Positions 55,254 through 64,000 of a DNA stretch of 64,000 nt are shown here, in pieces; the first letter of the stretch is position 1, and each line of letters begins with the position of its first letter. Made by a program: the position numbers and the translations under genes. The stretch lies in NCBI GenBank assembly GCA_050613775.1, contig JBODTK010000110.1:124001-188000 (forward strand), given 5' to 3'. This DNA comes from Neocallimastix sp. 'constans'. Its lineage: Eukaryota. The notes beneath the pieces are model-generated. The model did not search any database, was not told the DNA's origin, and saw only the letters and a program-made list of their open reading frames with translations.

Positions 55254-57522
55254 GTCATTATTATTGCAATTTTTAAAAAATAAAACTCAATCTTAATAAT
55301 ATATATATATATGTATAATAATATATATTAATATTTAAATATTTATATATTTTCTATTAATGATTAACAACAACAACAAAAAAAAATAAAATAAAATAAA
55401 ATAAATTGACAATATTAAAACATTATGAGTAGTAAACACCTAAAATTAAATCTATTGTTGATTATGTATAAACATACTTTACATAAATTAAAAATTAAAA
55501 ATAAAGACTACATAAATTAAAAACAAAACAAAAAAAAAAAGTAGTAATAATAATTAATAAACAAAAAATAAATTCATTATTCCATAATTCCATAATTAAA
55601 TACAATATAATTAACGAATTTCTATGTATTAAAGTGAATACAAATGCAGAGATCCTTTTATAGTAAATAATTTTTAATATTCATCTATAATTTAATAAAA
55701 ATAAATAAATAGATAAATAAATGTAAACATTTTCTATTTTATTTTTATTTATATAAATTTAAATAAAAATTATATATACATATTATACATATATATATAA
55801 ACTAGATTTATTTAATATATTGTTAAGAAAATGTTTTTATTATTATTATTATTTTATATTTATTTATTTTTTTATAAACATTTTTTGTTATTTATTTATT
55901 TATTTATTAATATATTATAAAGCTAGTTTTATTATTTTAAAATTATATATATATATATATATATAAAAAAAAAAAAAAAAAAAAAACCCTAATTTCTTTT
56001 TTTATTCATTGTAATTTTATTTAAAATATTAATCTTTTTTTTTTTTTTTTTTGTTTTTGTCTTTTTTTCTTTTTGTTTTTTGTTTTGTTTTGTTTTTTGT
56101 TTCTGTTTTTTTTTTTTATTAGTAATTAATGTGATTTAATTTTTTTTTATATTAATAATTTTTTTAGGAAAAAATATTTTCAGTATTAAAATAAACTATA
56201 AAAAAAAAATTCTTATGTATTAACTTTACTTTTAATATAGAAGTTATTAATTATTAAATTATTTATTATTAATTTTTTAAGGAAAAGAAGATTTTTAAAA
56301 TTTTTAAAATTAACTAAGCACGTTTTAAGTATCTTAAAAATTACATAGAAAATGCTTTTTATTTCTTTTTTTATTTTTTATTTTTTTTAAAAAAAAAAAA
56401 AAAAATTATTTTACTTTATTCTAATTTTATTTTATTCTTATTTTATTTTGTTTTTATTTTTTATTATTATTAATTATTAATTATTAATTATTATTAATAG
56501 TTAATCTAGTTTTCATGAGTATTATTTATTTATTGATTTATTATTAATATTAATAGTTTTGCAATTAACAAAGAAAATTCATATATTTATATATATTTAC
56601 TAATCCTTTTATATATATATATATGATTATATATTAATATTAATAATTACCAATGAAACCTTTATAATATCATTAATAATGAATCATTATAAGTAGAATA
56701 AATTTATTTTAAAAAAATACAAAAAAAAAAAAAATAAATAAATTTATTCTACTTTGTATTTTTTGATCTTAATTCTTTTTTAATATTAATTTTATTTTAT
56801 ATTTAAAACTATTTTTTTTTATTTTTTTTTTTCATTATTTTTGCTTTTTAAATTCAGTTTTAATATTAACTAGATAAACAATGAAAAAAAAGTTTACATC
56901 CATTTTTTCTTTCATTTATTTATTTTATTTCTATTTTTTTTTTTTAGAACTCCTTCAAATATTTCTATTTTCTATAATTTTATAAAGAAGAATCAATTAT
57001 ATATTTTAATTTATTTTATATATACACATATTTATTTATTTATTTGTTTTAATTATTTAAATATCTTCATTTTGATTATTTTTATTCGGGTTTTTTTTTT
57101 TTTTTTTTTTTTTTTATCCAATTCCTAAATATATTAAATGAATATATTTGGAATATATTTTAAATATATTAAAGTTGATATGAATTCTATTAAATTTTTA
57201 AATTTTTGAAAAATAGTTATATACCATTATTTTGTTTTAATATATGCAAAATATATTATATTTTAATAGGAATATATAGCTGTCAATTGTATAGAAAAAA
57301 GAATTTGGTAATTTTGATTGTTTTAATAAAAATTAAAGTTTTCGTTTTTTTAATTTAAAAATGGTTAAAAAAGGAAAAGAAAAATTGAATAAATAAAAAA
57401 GCCAATTTTTAGATAATTCTATAAGAAATAAATAAATATATAAATAAATTGCTAAATAAATATATAATTAATAAATAAGTAAATATATCAATAATTAAAC
57501 AAATAGAAATGAATTAAATAAA

Positions 57523-57730
57523 TTTTTTTTTTTTTTTATGACTGAAGACTTTGGTCTTCCCCATATAGTAATATGGGTGTATGATTAACTGCCATACCGA
57601 TACGGCGTCGACGCTCTCAACTCCCCATAAGCAAAGAAACTCCATATAGAAGCACCCTACGCGATCCTCGAGGGAAAGCAGAGCCAACTATAGGTGGCGT
57701 CCTTACCATCCCAGAGGAACAGGACACTGT
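57523..57730 (-). mobile_element. Short GC-rich, hairpin-dense element with poly(A) tail (SINE or 5'-truncated LINE 3' end)
   Basis: Sharp ~190-bp GC island abutting a 15-nt T-run (57523-57537), with multiple palindromes and no ORF. Confidence 0.5.
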
Positions 57731-60700
57731 ATATAAAAATATTATATAAAATTGATAGAGATAATATTAATAGTATCAAAAAAAAATAATTAATTGATGA
57801 AAAACATTAAAAATATAAATATTAATTATTAATAAAAAAACCTTTTGTTAATAATAAAAAATATTAAATAAAGTAAAAAAAATAATTAATAATACTTATT
57901 AATAATTACTAATAAACAAATAATAAATAATTAAATGATAAATGTTTTAATATTTTAATATTTTAAATATAAAATGATTTTAATCATTTATGTGATTTAA
58001 TAAAATTTTTAAGGTTACTATATATGAACTATTATGATTATTATTAATTCCTATGATTGATATTAAACTTTAAAATTTTCTTTTTTTTTTTTTTTTTAAT
58101 AATAAAAAAGTTTTTAAATTATTCTTCCAATTAAACTATTTAACTATTATTCTTTTTTTAAATAATAAAGTTGCTTTATTTATATAGAATAAATTTAATA
58201 TATATATATATATACATATTAATTTAATTTTATTTATTTATTTTATTCATTTATATCAATAGGAATATTATATATATTTATTTATTTCATTCATTTAAAT
58301 ATATTAATTAATTTAGTGATGAATTAAATTATTATTTTATTCATTTATAAATATATATATAACTAATTGAAATTATTTATTTATAATTTATTTACTTTTT
58401 CATTTATAACTATATATATTTATTTAATTTAATTATTTATGTTTAATTAATAAATTCTTTTTTTTTTAATTAATTATCTTTTTTTTTTTATAATAATGTA
58501 TCCAACATGTTTTTTTTTTAAAACTTTATTTTTTAATTTATTTCAGAAAAATTTAGCCAATGGTTAATAGGCATATATTAAAAAGGTTAGATTTAGATTT
58601 ATATAATATAATTTAAAATTTGTTGAAATTTAATTTAATACTTAAATTGATAAATAAATAGATAAATAAAAAAAAAAAATAAATAAAAAACGGTCTAAAA
58701 TTTTTAATATATTAATTATTTATTATATATTTATATTAACCTATTAATTATATTAATAATTATATTAATGATTAATTATTTAAATAGATATTTAATTATA
58801 TTTTTAATTTTATTTAATTTTATTTTTTTTTTTGCTTTAAATAAATAAAAATTTATTTATGAGTTATTAGTTAATGAAGAGGAAATGAATGGCATGGCAT
58901 TAAATTATTTAATTTATTTCATTTTAATTTTTTTTTTTTAATTATTATTATTATTAAAATTTTTCTATATAGATTAATTCATTTTTTTTTTTTTTTTTTT
59001 TTCATTTTTCGATATTAAATTTAGAATTGTTCGTTCTATGTTTTGCATTATTGTTTAATAATTATTCATTCATTCATTTTATTATATATATAGATGTTTT
59101 TTTTTTAATTTTTTTTTAAAACTCCAAAAAAATTAATAAAATAAATAAATATATATTTTATTTATGTTTTACTTTTTTTTAAATATTTTTGGCAGCATCC
59201 TTTTTGGTAATCCCATAGATTAGCCAACGACAAAAAGTATGTCCTAATTTCTTTAATATATCAATATTATTCTATTTAATAAAGATAAATTAAAATGAGT
59301 GAAAGTTTGTTTGATAGTGTTTTTCTTTTTAATTATAATAATTATTTTATTATATAAAAATTTTTTTTTTTTTTTGCTCATTATTACATAATTAACTTTT
59401 ATAGAAATTTGAGTGGTTATAGTAAAATTAATAATAAATAAATAATTGAATAATAAATAATTGAATAATAAATAATAAATAATAAATAATAAATAATTAA
59501 GTAATAAATAATAAATAATAAATAATAAATAATAAATAATAAATAATAAATGATAATATAATAAATAATAATAAAAAAGGAATGGAATAAATTAATTGAT
59601 AAATTAAAAAAAAAAAAAGTTTTTTATTTTTTTTATAGTTTATTTCTTTGGAATGTCACTTTCCTTATTGGGTTGTAGTGTCAACTCAAATTTAAAATAT
59701 CTATTTATGGCAATCATCTTGTTGTGTATTTAGCCAGTCGATTAAAAAAATTCAGGTTACTTTTATAGTAAATGAAAAATTCACTTTTATTAATACCACC
59801 ATTAACCTATTCAACTAAGATTTTCTATCTTGAAGTATTAAACTATCCTCTAATGATGTTATATATATAAAAATCATATTAGAATCATACATATATATTT
59901 TTTTTATAAGGATCAATAATATACTATTTGATTTAGATTTGTATATATAAAGAGGCTTTTAATGAATATTTTACTAGTTCTTTATCAAAACTCCATCTTT
60001 ATAATAGTAAAAATATATATATATATATTTCCATTTATGAAAAAGTTTAGAACATTAACTATAAGAATGAGTACTGGACATCATAAAAAGAAAAAATTAA
60101 TTCTATAGAACTTTACAATGAAGGATTGCATTGCCTGTCTACTGAAATAAATTCTAAAAAAGGATAATTTTTTTTATTTAAAAATATTTAATATTATTGA
60201 TATATTAAAAAAATAATAATAAATAAAATGAAAAAAAAAAACCTGTTTTATTTATTTATTTTATTTATACTAAATAAATATTTTAATATAAAAACATATA
60301 TTATTTATATATATGCATATTTATTTCATTTATTCTTAATTTTGGACTCATTCCTTATTGAGTTTACTTATTTTTATATTTACTAATTTTTATTTTATTT
60401 TTTTTTTTTTTAATTAAATATGTATGTGAATAGAAAGAGAAAGATTTTAATTAAAAAAAAAAAAAAAATAAAAAATAAAATAAAAAAAAAAAGATTAAAA
60501 CAGTGTTATTGTTAAAATATTCCTTTTTAACTTTAAATTTTTTATTTTATTTAAATAAATAAAACAATCACTAAATAAATAAATATTATATATATACTTC
60601 ATAAACTCTAATCATAGATTTTTTTTTTTAATTTAAATAAGTTTATAAAAAGGGACATTTTTTTAATTAACAAATAATAATACTAATAATTATAATATAT

Positions 60701-61498
60701 ATAATAAATGTAAAGTATTGAATTTTTGTTTATTAACTACTTTGAATGGTCCATAAAAATAAGGACCTAATTTGCTTCTTCCTACTAGTCTAATCATTAC
60801 ATAATCTGTTTATAAGTTTTTTTTAAAAAGTAAACAATTATTTATAAACTTCAATATTATTTAAAAAAATTATAATAAAAAAGATAATCATAAATTTTAT
60901 AAATATATCAATTTTATTATTTTAGTCATTATAACCATTATTACTTTAAAAATATTCTATTCTATATTCCTAATTTAAATATAAAGCTTTATTTTTATTC
61001 ATATATTGTTATTTTTTGGACAAATATTTCTATGGAATATGATGGTTAAACAATCCTTCTATTTTATTATTTATTCATTTATTTACTTATTTTATTTAAT
61101 TAATGGTCATCATGGTCCAATAACTTCTTATTAAATGAAATTTGAATTATTTCATTTTTATTCATTATTTATTATTAATTACTATTCATCAATATTATTT
61201 TCATTTGTATTTACTAATATTTGTATGTTAATTATTATTATATATCTATTATCTATTATTATTTATCTATTATCTATTATTATTTATCTATTAATTATTA
61301 TTTTCATTATTACTAATTATTATTTTCATTATTATTTATTATTTTCATTAGTATTATTTATTTATCAATTATTTTTTAATATAAATTTTAAAATTTCAAT
61401 TTAATATATTCATTTTATTTTAATATATTTTATCATATATTAATATATTCAATAAAAAAAATTATTGAATTTTAAAGTTTATTAATAGAGTGGAATAA

Positions 61499-61567
<69 letters not shown>

Positions 61568-61757
61568 TTTTTTTATTATTATTATAGATGTTTAAAGAAT
61601 AATAAACAATATAAAAAAAAACTATATTGAAAGGTCTATCAATTAATTGGTAATACTAATAAAACAAATAAAATATGTTAATAATATTAAAGGATATTCT
61701 ATAAGTTATTATTATTGAATAATGTACTATATAAAAATAAAACAAGTACAATATTTT

Positions 61758-61803
<46 letters not shown>

Positions 61804-63813
61804 AAAATAAATTAATTATAAAAATAAAATAATTATCAAAAAAAAAAAAAAAAAAAAAAAAAAAATAATAAAATAAAAATTATTATTATTATTATAATAA
61901 TATATTTAATTTTTTTTATTATTATTAACTTATTATTAAATATTTATTTTAATAATTTATTTTAATTAAGTTTAAATTATATATATTTTGTAAATTATTT
62001 ATAATAATAATAATAAAATAACAATTAATAATTTTGTATATATAATAACCAGTGTTTAACAAACATATAAAAGAAATATTAATCAATAATACTTTTAAAC
62101 GGGAATAAATATTCAAAAGGAAAAAATAAAAGCAAAAAGACAAAAAATAAAAGGTGTACAAAAAAAAAAAAAAAAAAAAAAAAAAACATTAATAACGACA
62201 AAAAGCAAAAGTTCCTATTTATAAATATATATATATATCAATAATATTTTTTTTAATTTCATAAAGAAATAGTATTATTGGTATATGTTATATTTTTTTT
62301 TTAAAAAAAGGTAATTATTTTTATTTACATATTTATTTTTTTTTTAAAAAGAAAAAAATTAAAAACAATTCATTTAATATTTATAAAAAAAATAATGAGA
62401 AAAATAAATATAAGATATCAAAATAGTATATTTAAATAGTAATAGTAACAATTTTCAAAAAAAAAATATAAATATAAATAACAATAAAAATTAAAAAAAA
62501 AAAAAAAAGTAATGACAAAACAACAATATATCAAATAATGAAATTAAAAAAAAAATATAAATAAATATTTATTTAAGAGGTCAATGAGAAATGAAATTAA
62601 ACATATTTAAAAAGAAAAATTGAAAAATTAATACATCAGTCATTATAAGATTCAATAATTTATTTTTATATTTTTCAATTTAAGACATAAATATCATAAA
62701 TCACTGATTTAAAAAGTGAAATTATTTATTATTAAGTTTATTAATATTATTATTTGTGTTTTTTTAGTTTAGGTATAATTTTATTATTTTTTTTTTTTTT
62801 GTAATTTTTTTAAATTTTTTATTATTTAAAAACTTTATGAAAAAGTCATTACTATTCTACAATATATAAAAGAATATATTATTTTATATTAATATATATA
62901 ATGAAATATACTATTATTATACGTAAATTATTACGTTATATTTCCTTTTTTATATAAAATTTTTTAAAATATATTAAATTAATAGAAATTAAAGTTATGT
63001 TTTTATATTATGGAATAAAAAGATTATTCAAGGTATCACAATAAGCCTAACAAAATAATATTAAATAATATATAAATAATTAATTGATAATATATATGAA
63101 ACTATTTAAAATAATATTATATAGAAATTCTTTTTAAATATTATTTATTTTATCCAATAGAATTAAAGAAAAATTAAAATTTCATATTTTGAACTTTAGT
63201 TAATAATATATTTACAAATAATTAATTATTAAAATAATAATATCTTAATATATCTTAATATATCACAAATTCAAACAATTAACTAGATATATTGTATAAT
63301 AGTCGATTATAATATATTTCAACATATATTATAAAATTTTAATAATTTTTTGTATCCTATTTAGGTTTTGTTATAGAAGTAAATAAATAATAGAATCGAA
63401 TTATTATTCAGTATAATAATATATTTACAATTATATTATTCAATATAATAGAGTATAATATTATATAATCATTTATATATTATATAGTATTCATTAATAT
63501 AATTAATTTTTTTTTTTCGTTTATACCTTTTCCATTTTTTTTTTTATTTTTTCTTTACTTTGTTTTTATTTTTATTTTTTTTTTTTATTATTAATTATTA
63601 TTTAGTTCTATAATTTTGAAAAAAAAGAGGAATTGAAAAAAAAAAGAAGATAGATAAAAAAAAAAAAAAGCAAAAGAAAATTTAATAAATTATTTAATAA
63701 TATTATTTTTTTTAAAAAGAAAAATAATAATTAAATAATTGTTAAATATTCTTTGGAAAGGGTGAAGAAAAAAAGGAACTATCTCAATAAATTAAATTCC
63801 TCTTTTTTATTTT

Positions 63814-63844
<31 letters not shown>

Positions 63845-64000
63845 GATTTTTATTTTTTAAAGTAATATTATTATTATTTAAAATCAAAAATTATATTTTA
63901 CATTGTATATTATATATATTAAACATATCATTAAAAAGTTAACCTTTATATTATATTTTAATCTTTATTAATAAAAAGAAAAAAGGAAATCTTATTTTTG

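Noticed and set aside
57542..57560. CTGAAGA hammerhead-like core
   Set aside because: No GAAA after a stem II, and no compatible stems I/III.
59190..60150. Patches of more complex sequence that might be exons
   Set aside because: The frames I tried close quickly, and no splice chain or recognisable motif could be assembled.

Overview
Extremely AT-rich, intron-containing eukaryotic DNA, almost certainly from an anaerobic gut fungus (Neocallimastigomycota), since it carries a gene ending in two fungal cellulosome dockerins. Splicing GT-AG exons by hand gives seven intact genes: a LETM1-family organellar membrane protein, a NOL7/Bud21-like nucleolar protein with a long AT-hook/TPxK N-terminus, an intronless secreted GH114, a secreted HEXXH (DUF6055-like) protein with double dockerin, a Cys-rich single-pass protein with PY motifs, an active rhomboid protease and a 12-exon M13 metallopeptidase. 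Between them lie a deleted Ty1/copia relic, broken PP4R4-like exons near a possible Helitron end, a LINE fragment, two short poly(A)-tailed GC-rich elements (one tRNA-headed and carrying intron-like splice signals), several inverted and tandem duplications, and long microsatellites. Most short ORFs in the supplied track are low-complexity artefacts. All family calls come from recalled motifs, not database searches.
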